From Neoconidiobolus thromboides FSU 785 (lineage: Eukaryota; Fungi; Entomophthoromycota): a stretch of 64,000 bases of DNA. The DNA is taken from the NCBI GenBank assembly GCA_025603075.1, contig MU626367.1, positions 10,261 through 74,260 on the forward strand. Reading direction: 5' to 3'. Position 1 is the first letter of the stretch; the number at the start of each line of letters is the position of its first letter. The translations under genes and the position numbers were made by a program. A model generated the notes under the pieces. The model made no database searches, was not told the origin of the DNA, and saw only the letters and a list, made by a program, of their open reading frames with translations. Of the stretch, positions 11,171-24,165 are shown piece by piece.

Positions 11171-11705
11171 TATATTTTAGTAAACTAATATTTTTAGTAA
11201 TTCATTTAAACTATTGTCTGACCAATAAAGGTATACTTTTTTAATTTCATAAATTGATAGTTTGCTGATTACAGTTAAAAAATAAACTTTAATATCTTTA
11301 AAATTAGTAGCTATCACCTGATTTTATTAGCATTTTGTTTTATAAGCTGGGTAACTTGATTTTTATTGAATATAACACTAAATAAAGCACTTGTTTTATG
11401 TTTAGCTATCTGTTTTATAAATCAAATCCTCATTGTACTCTTTATTGGATCTATCTTAACCTCTATGTGTTTTTAATTCTTTTACTACAACTTTTTTAAA
11501 GATAAACTATACTTTTAACTTAATGTCTGATATGTTATCAAAATAATAAAAACAAAGCACTTGTTGTTTGTTTCATTATTCAACCATATCATTTATATTA
11601 ACTATTATTGTATACAAAATTTATACAGGTGGACAAAAAATAAAACAAAATAACTATAAACTAAACAATTTTTTATGAAATGCATCATACTGAACTCTTC
11701 CTATT

Positions 11706-13325
11706 TTAACCGCAACGTCCTGGATTTAAAACACACCAAAGAGGTTGAAGAGCTTGAGCATTAAAGCCACGATCTGTCAAACGGAAGCGGAAGTTATTTA
11801 AACGATCCAAAATAAACTTTGGACTAATCATTTGATTGCTTTTATCTTTATTACCATACCAAAGGACTTCACCAGCAACGGCAGTACGTGGCCAAATTAA
11901 AGGGTCTAAATTAAAATGATCTGTTTGTTCACTCCACATAGCGACTTCACCACCATGAATTAATTTATATTGATTTGGTTCAATTTTATCAAACAAATCA
12001 TAACTATAAATTATTTGCCATGATTTATAAGGATCACACCACGAATTCCCTGTACCTACACCAATCCATTCACCACGTCCACAATCTAAATACCAGTATT
12101 TATATGAAGAGCTAATTACTTTATAACCTAAATCAACAATCTTTTTTGCATCCGAAGCATCTAACCAGGCATGAATTAAACTATCTTTGGGTAATTCTAC
12201 TTTATGATTTAATAGCATTTCTTGATAAACCATGACTTTTCTCTTATTATCCATAGCTCTTTTATGCATATCTTTAGCAAAAGATTCTAATAAATCATTA
12301 TAAGTAACATTATGTTTACTAACATAATCCACAATCTTAGGTGAACTCTTCCAACAGTTTAAATTAACTTCATCTCCAGATAAATGCATATATTTATCTT
12401 TAAAGACAGTTGAGAATTCATCAATTAAATCATTAACTATTTTTTTAGATAAAGGATTAGTTGGATCAATTTGTCCACTGGGTGGTTGCATTGCATTATC
12501 CCACCAAGCATCTTTATCCATACATACGCCAATTTCTGGATAAGCTACTCCCATAGCATAAGAATGAGCAGGTGCTTCTAATTCAGGTATAATCCTAATA
12601 CCACGATCTAAACCATATTCAACTAATTCTTTAATATCTTCCATTGAATAAACTTGTCCTGGTAATAGAGAACCTTTTTGCCATAATATTGGATGCTTTT
12701 TAGACATAAATGGAAAACTATTAGAATCCGTAAGATGCCAGTGAAATACATTCATTTTACTATAACCTAATCCATCAATGGTTTTCTTTAAAGTGGCTAA
12801 CGGATAATAATTTCTACTAGTATCCAATAGCAAACCACGATGTGGTAACTTTGGATAGTCTTTAATATAAATAGGAGTATTAGATATAAACTTCTTTCCA
12901 TTTTTAAATTGAACCATTTGTTGAAAAGATTCTAAGCCACGAATAACACCATAAACGGATTTAGCTTCTAAAGTACCACTACCATCTTCTTTAATATTAA
13001 GAATATAAGATTCATCCGTTTCATCATCAAATTTATCATCAGTGTTTTCAACTTTAACATTCAATTGACGTAAAACCTTATCATAATCTGAATAAGTGCC
13101 TCGAAACTTAGGTACTATAGGGACATACTTTTCTTGTTGAATTTGTTGAATTATACGAAAGAATACACGATTTAATCGACCACTGTTTTTATTACTTTGG
13201 ATATTAAAACCAGAACTTAATAAGACACTCTTTTTTCCTTCTGTAAATTCTTGAGGTGTTGGAAATAATAAGCTTGGAGTACTTATTATACTATTGATTA
13301 AAAATAATACATAAAGTAAATTCAT
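11706..13325 (-). CDS. Secreted beta-N-acetylhexosaminidase, GH20 (539 aa)
   Basis: Signal peptide; HRGLLLDTSRNY, FHWHLTDSNSFP, IIPELEAPAH, catalytic HLSGDE, YLDCG, GGEVAMWSE, WPR. Confidence 0.95.
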   Translation of the reverse strand: MNLLYVLFLINSIISTPSLLFPTPQEFTEGKKSVLLSSGFNIQSNKNSGRLNRVFFRIIQQIQQEKYVPIVPKFRGTYSDYDKVLRQLNVKVENTDDKFDDETDESYILNIKEDGSGTLEAKSVYGVIRGLESFQQMVQFKNGKKFISNTPIYIKDYPKLPHRGLLLDTSRNYYPLATLKKTIDGLGYSKMNVFHWHLTDSNSFPFMSKKHPILWQKGSLLPGQVYSMEDIKELVEYGLDRGIRIIPELEAPAHSYAMGVAYPEIGVCMDKDAWWDNAMQPPSGQIDPTNPLSKKIVNDLIDEFSTVFKDKYMHLSGDEVNLNCWKSSPKIVDYVSKHNVTYNDLLESFAKDMHKRAMDNKRKVMVYQEMLLNHKVELPKDSLIHAWLDASDAKKIVDLGYKVISSSYKYWYLDCGRGEWIGVGTGNSWCDPYKSWQIIYSYDLFDKIEPNQYKLIHGGEVAMWSEQTDHFNLDPLIWPRTAVAGEVLWYGNKDKSNQMISPKFILDRLNNFRFRLTDRGFNAQALQPLWCVLNPGRCG

Positions 13326-14288
13326 TTTGAATGAAATAAAGTTAAAATTGATATATTAATTTTGATTTTATTTATATACTCTTTGTTTATTTATAATATT
13401 TAGTCAATGACTTAATTTAAATGCTCTTTTGAAACGTGGTTATCAAATGATCCGTCAGTCTTTTTCAGTTTACCGCTGATTTGATTGAATTCAGAACCAT
13501 TTGGTGATTTCGAAGCTTAGACTTTAACTAAATTTGGGAATATGGGGATACAATCTATAACTTAGAACTTTAACTGTTATTGTAGATGATAGCTTTTATT
13601 TTTAGGCTTCTATTTTTATAGTCAGGGCATATCCCTAAATGTATCTATAATAAAGGACGTATCTATATTCTTAAGCTTCATAATTTAAGCTTTGTTATTA
13701 ACTTATCAATTCTTCCCTTCAACTTTTTTCGAAAATGTCAAAACTAGCTTTCGAGTGGTTGATTTTAACAAACAAAAGGAGGTAGAAAGGGAAAATCAAG
13801 ATTCTTTGTAGCATCAATAACATTTTTTTTCTTTATGACCAAGTAATAATTATGGGGTTCTGTAGCCTAAAGTGTTTTAATTCTGCATTTGTTTATCAAC
13901 TATAGTAAAAATCACATACATCAATTAGTGTATAGGACTAAAGCATTATTGAGCTATATCTAGACAGATTGTTAGAAAAAGACAACGTTAATAAAATATT
14001 AGGATCATAACACCTTTTAAACAATTAAATAGTTTTTGTTAACTAAACAATAGTGTATTGTTTTTGTTTGTAAAATTAAATTTGTTGTATAGCATTATAA
14101 ATTGAATGCTATTATTTTATAAAATAATTTTAGATTTATTTTATTACAACAGTAATAACTTATTATGTTACAATCAATTGTTAAATATTAGTAATAACTT
14201 AAGTCTCAAAATAACATTTATTTAGTAACAACAATAATACTAACATAAAACATAATTAATACTTAAAATTTGCAAGCTTATTTACAGC

Positions 14289-14385
14289 TATTTTATTTTA
14301 TATTTATTTTATTTTATATTTATTTTATATTTATTTTATTTTATATTTATTTTATTATATATTTATTCCATTTTATATTTATTTT
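14289..14385. repeat. Low-complexity (TATTT/TTTTATA)n tract
   Basis: Degenerate tandem of TTTTA and TTTTATATTTA units. Confidence 0.6.
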
Positions 14386-14407
14386 GTCCACTTTTCATAG
14401 CAAAAAA

Positions 14408-14478
14408 TTAAAAAATTTGCTAGTATTTTTCCCACTCAATAGTACTTAAAATGAAAAGTAATGAAACCAACACACCCC
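14408..14478 (+). mobile_element. MITE copy 5 (degenerate, left end lost)
   Basis: Internal TTTTCCCACTCAATAGTACTTAAAATGAAAAGTAATGAAACCAACACACCCC matches the family consensus. Confidence 0.6.
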
Positions 14479-15076
14479 TTAGTCATTGAAATAAAAAATA
14501 CATTCTTATATTATTTAACTTATAAATAGTATTAAAATAAATAGAATAACAATTAAACTATAATTACTTAATAATCTTCTTTTTTCAACAATTATAACGC
14601 TGATAATATTTATTTCTTTAATATTCAAAAATACAACTAATAATACTATTTGATTAATGCTAACAAATTCATCAATTTCATAAAGGACACTCGGAAGAGT
14701 ACTTGTATATTTTTAATTTTAGTTATAATATGAGTTAAATACTTTATATTGATATTATACAATACTTCAAATAAAGTACAACAGAAATCAATATAAATTC
14801 TTATTTTATAAAATAGCTTTATCTCATCATACATTTATTCACTAACAAAACAGCAATTAATTATACTAAATAAGTCCAAAATCCTAAATTTTCAAATAAT
14901 GCTTATCAAATCCAATAAACGCTCATCTTCAATAATAACTCCAGTTTACATAATAATCAAAGGGGATAATAGTCTGAAATTCTATAAAAAGGGTCTGTTC
15001 AACCAATCGTATAAAACCATTCACAACTAGAACCTATATAATCAACAAACTTCGAAAATTATTTGTTTTTATAATA

Positions 15077-16591
15077 ATGAAATCTTTATCTTTTCAACAA
15101 ACTAAGAATGAAGATCCATTTTATACAACAAGAAAACATAAATATGCTTTTTATTTACATACTTTGGGTGTAAGTTTAATTATTCAACTTCACAATGATC
15201 TCAAAATTAACTCTCTAACTCTCTAGTTTCTTCCCTATGCCTTAACTGCCGTCCATGTTATCCCAAGTTTACTTGATAGTTTAATCACTGAAAACGGCTA
15301 TCTAGCTGATGGTCTTACTCAATGTAATGGGAAAGATATATGTTATTTAAAAATCAATACCTTAATGATTCCCAATACTTCAGCAGTATTATATATCAAT
15401 GGAATTACAACAATATTTCAAGCTTTATTTTTGATTTTATTTTCTGGGTTAGCAGATCATGGAAACTATCGAAGTTATTTTTTATTGGTATTTACAATAT
15501 TAGGTAGTATAAGTTCCAGTATCATTGCATTAATTAATAGTTCTAACTATGTGGTATTGATTATATTGTGTATGTTAGCTAATGTATCAACAGTAATTGC
15601 ATCTGCTTTCTTCTTATCTTATATTTCATTTTTTGCGAATTTTGATCAAAGAGTAATGGAGTGTAATAGTGACAAAGAAGTTAAAAAGATTAAAGATTCA
15701 ATAACAACAGAGTTATCAGCCAATCCATTTAGCTTAGCTATGTTATTAACTTTTGGAATATCATTAACAAGTTCATTAATATCCTTAAATAACAATAATA
15801 GTATTTTTAGTTTACAATTAGGAGTTAGTCTTCCTGGGTTGTTTTGGTTAATATTAGGCTTGATATCTTACATTTATCTCCCTAAATACAAATTCCCATC
15901 AATACCAAATGATCAAAATATATTTACTTACTCTATAATAGAAATTTATAAAATTATTATAAATTTCAAACAATATAAAGATATTTGGTTGGGTTTAGTT
16001 TCTTGGTTTTTCTTATCTGACGGATTATCAACTGGAATATCAACAGCAATTTTTGTTGGCCGTAGAGAGTTAGCAATTACTTCAAGTGATACTTTATTAA
16101 TTAATGCTATTGGTCCTTTAGTTGAAGGTGTAGCAGTAACAATATTATATTTTCTAAAAAAGTGGTTTCCAAAGCAACTCAATATTCTTAACCTAACAAA
16201 TTATCTCTCATTATTTTCATTAATCTTTCCAATCTGGGGTTTATTTGGACTATATCTTTCTGTTGGAATCAAAAGCAAAGTAGAGTATTATATCTATTAT
16301 TTATTTTTATTCTCCATTTATGCTACAATACAATGCTATCATCGAGCTTTGTATTCTCAAATGTTACCCAAATCAAAAGATGCAATGTTTTTTGCTATTT
16401 ATCTAATTTCTTATAAAGGGACTTCTTGGATTGGTTCAATATCTCTTGGGGCTATTGTTAATACTACAAATCAAATTAGATTAGGTTATTATTTAGTATT
16501 TGGACTTTTAGCAGCTGGGGTTATTTGTTTATTTTTTATTAAGTTGGAGAGAGCTACTAGGGTTCATAATTTGATATTGCAGACAGAGTAG
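15077..16591 (+). CDS. ATG22: Atg22-like MFS vacuolar amino-acid effluxer (2 exons)
   Basis: Exon 1 15077-15169, intron GTAAGT..CTCTAG, exon 2 15227-16591. Multiple TM helices; SGLADHGNYR, SWFFLSDGLST, RALYSQMLPKSKDAMFFAIYLISYKGTSWIG resemble Atg22 motifs. Confidence 0.8.
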
Positions 16592-17562
16592 ATAGAGTTG
16601 AGTGATTAATAAAGTTGATTTTTTGGTTTTTAAACATAACAAATTGACAATTGCTCATTTGAAATTTGAAATAAAAATGAGTAAAAAATATTAATAAGCA
16701 AATTTAAAAGTATTTTAAATTTCAGAACTATGATAAAAAAGGGAAGCTTTTATTTCTAGATTCATAATACCAATAAAAGGGTGAGTTGCCATCTTATTAA
16801 TCTATTTTATTTGTCAAGTTTTAGCTCTCACCTACATTTAACTATATACAAGAAATTAGTTGACTAATGTTAAAAATCAATATTCCCCCTATTTAGCACA
16901 ATAATTACTTTATGTAAAATCATCATTACTTGGGATAATATTCTATTTTGTTCTAAAAATTTAGATTATTAATTTCATTTTGTTGTTAAATGTTAATTTA
17001 CATACGCTTACTTAATACAATAAAAATAAACGATGGGGTCCATTTTAAACATTAATAAAATGAATATTAAATATGAAAATATGAAAACTAAGTCGTAAAA
17101 CGCATACATTAAACTCAATATAAATAAATAAAAACAAACAATAACAAACTAGTCAACCCCTTTTAATTAAATATCTAACGAATTAGCCTAAACAAAAAAA
17201 CAATCCTTAATTTCTATATTAATAAGAAATAATCCAAATGACTTCATTTTTTAAATTAGCAAATTTTTACACTCGTATTGAAATATTCCTATTTAATTGG
17301 TTAAGTGTGAAATGATACTATCTTTGAATTCGCGCAATAAATACGAAAAATTAAATTAAAAATTTCACTTTCGAAACTTTGGACTATAAATAGAAAGCAC
17401 CACTATAAAGAGTAACTTGAAAAAGGTCTTTTTTTTCTATATTCTATATTTTAACTATTTAATATTTATTTTCAAATTTATCGACATTTATCTTCTCCAT
17501 TTTATTTCGATTAAATAGTATAACAATTCAAACTCCAACTTCTCATTCATATAAATAAAACA

Positions 17563-18315
17563 ATGTTTACAGTTTTAAAACCACGTTCATTAAACCAATT
17601 AAAATATATCACTCATAGACTAACTAATACACGTCCAACCAGTAGTACAATTCCATTGAAACAATCAAATGAACCTTTTTTAGCATCCTGGAAAGCAGGG
17701 GGATTGTTATTAAGTGGAGGCTTAATTGGCGGAGAGGTTTACCGACAATATCAATCTCCAGGTTCAGATATAAGTAACAAACTTCACTCCCATCCATGGA
17801 CAACCGAACTTGAATCCAATACCTCATTTGATGATATAGGTGAAATGATAGTTGAAAGAATAGTTAAGGGGTTGATATCAGATGATCATATTACATTTAA
17901 TTATTATTATAAAGATAATATTTTAGCTTTATTACCAAGGATGTTTTTTAATAAAGAAAAAAAACAAGGTATTGAAGTTCATTATATTGGTACCAAAGCA
18001 GTAGATCATGATGATAGAATTCATCAAGGGATTTTAACTCATATGTTAGATGAAGCCTTTTACAGAGTAGCAGTATTATCTACTAGTAATGGAAAAAATA
18101 GAAATATGTTTACTGTTAATTTAAGTACGGAGTTTAATGCGGAGGGAATGAAGGAATTACCAAATGCGGATACTTTTGTTAAATTTATAATTGATTATGA
18201 AGATAGTAAAAGTAAACCCTATAAAGCTGTATTATCTGCAAAGATATTTAATCAATTTGATGAATTAGTTGGAACTGCTGAATGTACTTATGTAATTCCT
18301 AAAGATAGACGTTAA
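17563..18315 (+). CDS. Mitochondrial hot-dog-fold (PaaI-like) thioesterase-family protein
   Basis: Presequence-like N-terminus, TM segment, IHQGILTHMLDEAF (variant of HGGxLAxxLDE), FTVNLSTEF. Confidence 0.65.
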   Translation: MFTVLKPRSLNQLKYITHRLTNTRPTSSTIPLKQSNEPFLASWKAGGLLLSGGLIGGEVYRQYQSPGSDISNKLHSHPWTTELESNTSFDDIGEMIVERIVKGLISDDHITFNYYYKDNILALLPRMFFNKEKKQGIEVHYIGTKAVDHDDRIHQGILTHMLDEAFYRVAVLSTSNGKNRNMFTVNLSTEFNAEGMKELPNADTFVKFIIDYEDSKSKPYKAVLSAKIFNQFDELVGTAECTYVIPKDRR

Positions 18316-18435
18316 TAATTGCCATTATTAATTATAATAAAATTATTTTTTCTTAAATAAATAAAATTTGATAGTTTAATAATGCATGCTTTCATTTAAT
18401 AATACACAAATTTAAATAAGAATTATAGATATATA

Positions 18436-19979
18436 TTAAAATGGATTACATTGACAAGCGATTGCCAACCAAATAAAGGACATAGAAGAGCCTATGGATA
18501 AACCTAAAGTTAATGTAAGTGCCATAAGGGATGCCATAGTAGGCCTTGATTCTACATTAGTTGTACTAGGGCCTAATATCATAGTCATAGTGCCTAAATA
18601 ACCATTGGTCGTTGCGAACAATAACATCAAAGTGAAAAATAGAACATCATTTCCCAAATAATGATTTGTTCCTAACTTAGTATTACTCCATAAAAATAAA
18701 GGTACAAAGAGAAATCTTAAGATAGAAGCAAGGAGTAAATGCTTTGTATTGGTAATGAATAGAGTTGATATAGAAGGTAAATAACGACCTAATAAATCAC
18801 CTAGATTGTAGATAATAAAGCCTATTTCAATAAAATAAATCGATATAAAGGTGTCATTATTCGTTGATGTAATTGTGGTCGTAATAGCAGGAAATAAAGA
18901 TAAGGTAACAATAAATGTAAGCAATAAACTTATTAAAAGCTTCCCGTTTTCATTAATTAAAACTTTACATTCATTAACTTTCTCTTTGATCAATTCTGAA
19001 AAACTTAGCTCATGATCATCTTTTAATTCCATTTTAATTAACATAAACTGTGGATGTTTTCTTGAACCAAAAAAACAAACAAAGGTTAATAAACTTGTCA
19101 TTACTGCTGTTAAAAAATAATAATAACCTTGGTTCAAAATTAATTCTTCTGGTAATTGAATCAAATTCATTTGACCATGATAAGCAATCCCCAATTGAGC
19201 AATAGCTACCGCTAATCCTGCCAATGCTTGGCCCATTAAACTAGCTTGTACATAATTACTACCAAAAGTAGAGGCTAAAGCGAGACCGTCACTATTTAAA
19301 AAAGAAGCACTTGAAATGGATAAAAAGAGTAAGAGGATTGATATATAAAAATTAGTTTCAGGAAGGAAATTGGTTTGAGTAAATATTAACATGAAAATAA
19401 AACAGAGTGTTAAATAAAATATACTGGTCAAACTACGGGTATATAATCTAGACTATTAATATATGAGTTAATTAAATATTAATGTTATTTATGCAAGGAT
19501 GTGTTCATAAAAAAATACTTACCTTCCTTTGACTTCCTAATGAATAAAATAAAAACAATAGATTAGTTGTTGACCCAATAACTGAAAACCAACCATTGAA
19601 ATTGGTTTCATAGCGACTGTTTTTAAATTTATAAGAAAAGAAACTGGTAGCTGTGATGAAAACTAATCATAATTAAAAAGTATATTAATACCCAATTTCA
19701 ATTGAAATCATTTAAAAAGAAATGATAAAAATATAATAAAAATAAACGGTAAAACCTACCATTCCAAGGTAACAACATAGCTACCCCTAACATGAAAAAA
19801 GTGATATAGAGTAAACAATATGGGTCATCAATACTTTGTTTGAGTTCAGATTCTCCAGATTCTATTAGTGCGTAACCACTTCCTTGTGCTCGACCATTTC
19901 CTTCTTCTCCTTCACTGTAGTTAACATATCGCTCATCCATCAATGGTGTATTTAAATTTGATTTTATGTCTTGTGGCAT
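18436..19979 (-). CDS. Equilibrative nucleoside transporter (Fun26/ENT-like, 3 exons)
   Basis: Exons 19979-19760, 19662-19523, about 19452-18436. Motifs LGVAMLLPWN(V)FITA, MGQALAG, SLFPAIT, YNLGDLLGR, TNGYLGT, GLSIGS. Confidence 0.9.
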
Positions 19980-20304
19980 TAAGTTTGATAAAAAGATAAG
20001 ATGGAGGAATTGATCAAATTATAATATAATCATTCTTTTTATTAACGTTAGAAAAACTATGATAAGCTAAGTTGCTATTTTTGGTCAATTGACAGCTTTA
20101 TTTTTTTTCAAAATAGCTTATTTTATTGCTAATTTCTGAGGATAATTTAATTTCAATATGGATCAAATTATTGGACAGTGGTAGTGATGACTTAATATAA
20201 TGCAAATGGATAATGATTGAATATGAAATATTTGAAAAATATAAATATTGAAAAATATCAATGTAATTTAACATTAAAACAAAAACTAACAAAAATCTTA
20301 ATAT

Positions 20305-20390
20305 GGACATGTCTTTTTTTAGATTCTACTACTCAGCTTTTCCACTCAATAGTGCTTAAAAACCAACAAAGTAATGAAGCTAAAAAAGAT
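20305..20390 (+). mobile_element. MITE copy 6 (degenerate)
   Basis: ATAT-GGACATGT left end; TTTTCCACTCAATAGTGCTTAAAA and GTAATGAAGCTAAAAAA core; right end decayed. Confidence 0.55.
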
Positions 20391-20429
20391 AGTTCAATAC
20401 AAATTCTATTGTAGAAAAATATGCCTTGA

Positions 20430-20501
20430 AGGACCCACCGAGAATCGAACTCGGATTACAAGGATCAAAACCTTGGGTGCTAACCATTACACCATGGATC
20501 C
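20430..20501 (-). tRNA. tRNA-Gln(TTG): tRNA-Gln (anticodon TTG), identical to the copy at 11099
   Basis: Exact reverse complement of 11099-11170. Confidence 0.95.
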
Positions 20502-20564
20502 ATATTCTAAGGATTACCATTTGGTATTTTGGTTGTATATAAATCTTAATTTAACTAATAAAAT

Positions 20565-20661
20565 GAGAATATATTTTTTTGTTTAGGAATTTTACTAACA
20601 ATCTTTCCGCTCAAATAGCGCTTAAAAAACGTAAAAGTAGTGAAATCAAAAAAACATCCCC
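20565..20661 (+). mobile_element. MITE copy 7
   Basis: GAGAATAT...ACATCCCC; TSD AAAT. Confidence 0.85.
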
Positions 20662-21451
20662 AAATGTTTTATTATCATATTAACTATGTAGATGTTTGCT
20701 TTATATCTTTATGAAAATATTATTCCGATTTCAATAGTATAATTTGAAAAACCGTTTGACTCTAAAATAAAAAATAAGTACTAAATAAAAGATTGATTCA
20801 TTTAATAGTGTTAGGTGCTTATACTGTTTTAAAATCTAATTAAATCTAACAATCTATACATAGACTGATACCTTTTGAAAAGATGGCTTAGATTAGACAA
20901 AAATATAAATACATTATCAATTTACTTGTCTATATTAAGTATCTCAAAGTTTTTCTACCTTGAATTTCGCTAAATATTAGTATAAATCATTATCTGATTT
21001 CTGTTTTAATAAAAGCTATTAATATCTTGAATTATTACAAAATGACTTATTATTGAAGTTTAATAAATTTCCATAGTCTTATTTTAACAAATGAGAGCCA
21101 TCTTTTATTATAGTAAAACGATGATTTATTATTCAATCAAGTTTATTTACTGGAAGATGTTAAAAGGTAGTGAAAACATTATTTGAATTATGGCCTTAAT
21201 AACCAGACTCTTCAGTCTCTTTAATAAGTTTTAATTGTCAGCATTATAAGTGACTTTTATGGTTGCATTTCAAGAAAAGTAGCTTGTATTTCATTTTAAT
21301 TTTAATTACCACATATTATGAAAATTATTGAGATTTTACGTAGAATATAAGTACAATGTGTTATATCAACATAAACTTGTAAAAAAGCCAGATTGTAAAT
21401 GAAGGATTATAAAAATAGTAATAACAAAGAAAAGCTGGATTCATATTTATT

Positions 21452-22409
21452 TTAGTTAAAAAAAGTTTGTTTAACATACTCTTTTATGGATACAAACTTA
21501 AAGCCAGGAAAAAAATGGTTGAAATTTCCAGCAAGATAACAATAACCTTTTTCAATATCTCTCTTAAACAAATAAGATATTTGTGTCATTAACTCAGTAT
21601 CCTTAGCATTAATAACGTCCTCGGCTTCCTCTAAGGTAATTTTTTCAACTTCAAAAGGTTTATTACTAATTTCTGATATGTTTTTTAATACTTCATTTAA
21701 GCATGCATTTTCTCCAACGATATTAACAAATTTATTTTTTACTCCTGGAAGGAAATAGGTATTTACAACACATTTAGCCACATCTTTTACACTAGTAATA
21801 GTCAGCTTTGTTTCCCCACTCCCAACAATTTTAGCTTTATGGTTTGGAACATCAATACCAAATAATTCAGATAGTAAATGTTCCATAAGGAAACCATTAT
21901 TATAATAAATATAATCTAAACCAGAACTTTCAAGGTGACTTCTAACTTCTTTTTTTGGTAAAGTGAATGGATTATCTACTCTAACAAATAAAAACTCAAA
22001 CATCTAATTAATGTCAAATATACAACTTAACTTACCCTTCTACTTTAGCACCAAACTCAGAAGGTATGAATAATTTAACGTTGGCTTTAACAGAAGCATC
22101 AATCAAAGTAACGCTTGCTTTGACAAGGTCTGGAAGGCTTAAAGTTACTATTACTACATCAATGTCTATCAGCGCTTTTAAAACACTGTCTTGGTTATTA
22201 TAATTCACTTCCACAATCTGTCCACCTTGCTTAATAAAGCTATCTTTCAATTCTTTTTTGGTATCGTTTTCACTAGAAGCTCGGGTTAAGATTGTTACTT
22301 TAAGATCTTTGTCTTTTAAGAATTCTTCCACGAGATAATGGCCCAGTTCTCCAGTTCCACCTGCAATTGCTATGTTTTGATAGTGTTTTGAGATGCTTGA
22401 GGTTGACAT
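21452..22409 (-). CDS. NmrA-like / isoflavone-reductase-like NAD(P)-binding protein (2 exons)
   Basis: Exons 22409-22036 and 21980-21452. Rossmann motif IAGGTGELG, VKLFIPSEFG, KKEVRSHLESSGLDY, TSVKDVAK. TATA-like element about 40 bp upstream. Confidence 0.88.
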
Positions 22410-23675
22410 AATGTTTCAAAGTTACAAATTACTGAGTTTATGATTGCTATTTATATGTCAATTTCTTTCAAAAGTACCTTGTCATATTGAAATAATACTT
22501 TTATAAGTTTATGCAAACTAAGTTGCTTTCTATTTAAGGTATAAAACTAAACAAATGTGATATTTAAATTCATCAAATGCTCAAATTATAACAAAATTAT
22601 CAATCATTGCAAACTAAATATTTAGTTTTCTTTATTATTATATTTTCTAATATATTTTTTAAACATTAAATTGAGTTTAGATCATATCATCGCTATATCA
22701 ATATAAACCGAATCATAACATTTCATTTTTACATAGATATTGATATTAATAAATAGCATAATAATAATAACTTTATAGAATGTTCAATTAGTAATGTGTT
22801 AAAAATTTAATGTATGATTGAAGATTAGACACAAAATGCATTCAAAAATAAAATAGAAATTGATAGACTAAGAGATTGTCTTAATAAAAATGCTATCAAC
22901 TTCAAATTCCATTATACGTTTTAAATAAAATCCTTGTTAAATGATCAATATTTTTATCATAAATGAATTAAGTATATTAATGAAGGATTTTGAAATTTGT
23001 TTTAAACTTAATTATAAGATCATTTTAAGTAATCATAGCTTTTTGATTAAATACAGAGTTCATTACTGGTTACAGCATAATATATTTCCTATGCCTATGG
23101 ACAAGATTATTTTAATGCGAAATACTTTGTTGCAATTTTGTACTTTTACAAACTTGGGTTTGCTCAAAAAATATATACACTTGGTTCATAAAGCCAAAAT
23201 TTATTTTAAAGTAGTTTCTTGGCTACTCAAAGTTGAATGTATTATACATTTATTTTCATACAACTAATTCAGTTAAAAACTAAGATTATTATTTTTTTAA
23301 AGCTGTCAGATGGCACACATCTCCATGTCAGGCTCTGGAATATGAACCGACAAGATCATCAACTTTTACAAAGACATAAAGCCTAAGTAAACCCTTCCCT
23401 TTTTAGAGACCGTGCTAACCATCATCAACCAACCTTATGAAGTTTTCAATGTTGTTAAACATTGTTACGAAATATACTAAACATGTGATCCTGTAAAGTA
23501 CAGTCGATAAAGTTGATTAGATAAATCCAGTTTCAGTAGTAACTTTTCTTTTTAAAAGTTAAGTTGTGGGATTAACAATTCGATAGCTTTTGTTGCGTGA
23601 GTTGGTATTTTCTAAACATTTTGATTGGCTACCTTGGCTTTAACTAAGTAATTTGGTTGGTTGTCTTAACTACGA

Positions 23676-23735
23676 TTTTTTTGACTCAAATAGCGCTTAA
23701 AAAATAGAAAGTAATGAAATCAAAAAAACATCTCC
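23676..23735 (+). mobile_element. MITE copy 8 (right half only)
   Basis: CTCAAATAGCGCTTAAAAAATAGAAAGTAATGAAATCAAAAAAACATCTCC followed by AAAT. Confidence 0.7.
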
Positions 23736-24069
23736 AAATGCTTTACAAATCCTTTAATTAGTTTCAGTTTTAGTAATACATAAATTTGTGATGGGATTAG
23801 GGCTCACTGATGTCTATTATAAGCATAATATTAGAACAGGCATTTCCTGGCTGTTTACAATATAGCATTTGAGCGTAAGGTTATGGGGATTGGGCAAGTC
23901 CATTTGTTAAAGTAGTCAGTATAGTTTACTTTATCACTGAAGGATTTAAGAAGTGGGCTAGTAAATACACGTTAAGCTAGGTTTAAACACCTATTTTGGA
24001 CAGAACAGCTGCTTAATCTATATTAATTAGTCTCGCAGTGGTACATACATATATTAATATTAAACATAT

Positions 24070-24165
24070 GTGGATGTATTTTTATATTTAAGAGTTTTAC
24101 TAACAATTTTTTCACTTAAATAGCGCTTAAAAGATGGAAAAAGTAATGAAGTCAAAAACATCTCC
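24070..24165 (+). mobile_element. MITE copy 9
   Basis: GTGGATGT...ACATCTCC; TSD ATAT. Confidence 0.85.

Noticed and set aside
13540-13551. Isolated MITE-like termini (ATATGGGGATAC at 13540; GACATCCCCAAAT at 26881)
   Set aside because: Too short, no internal sequence; not counted as copies.
22941-23267. AT-rich ORFs such as 22941-23267, 14646-14834, 33973-34161, 36521-36706, 38694-38891 and 40417-40617
   Set aside because: Composition equals intergenic background (I/K/L/F/N/Y-rich), no motifs or splice context.
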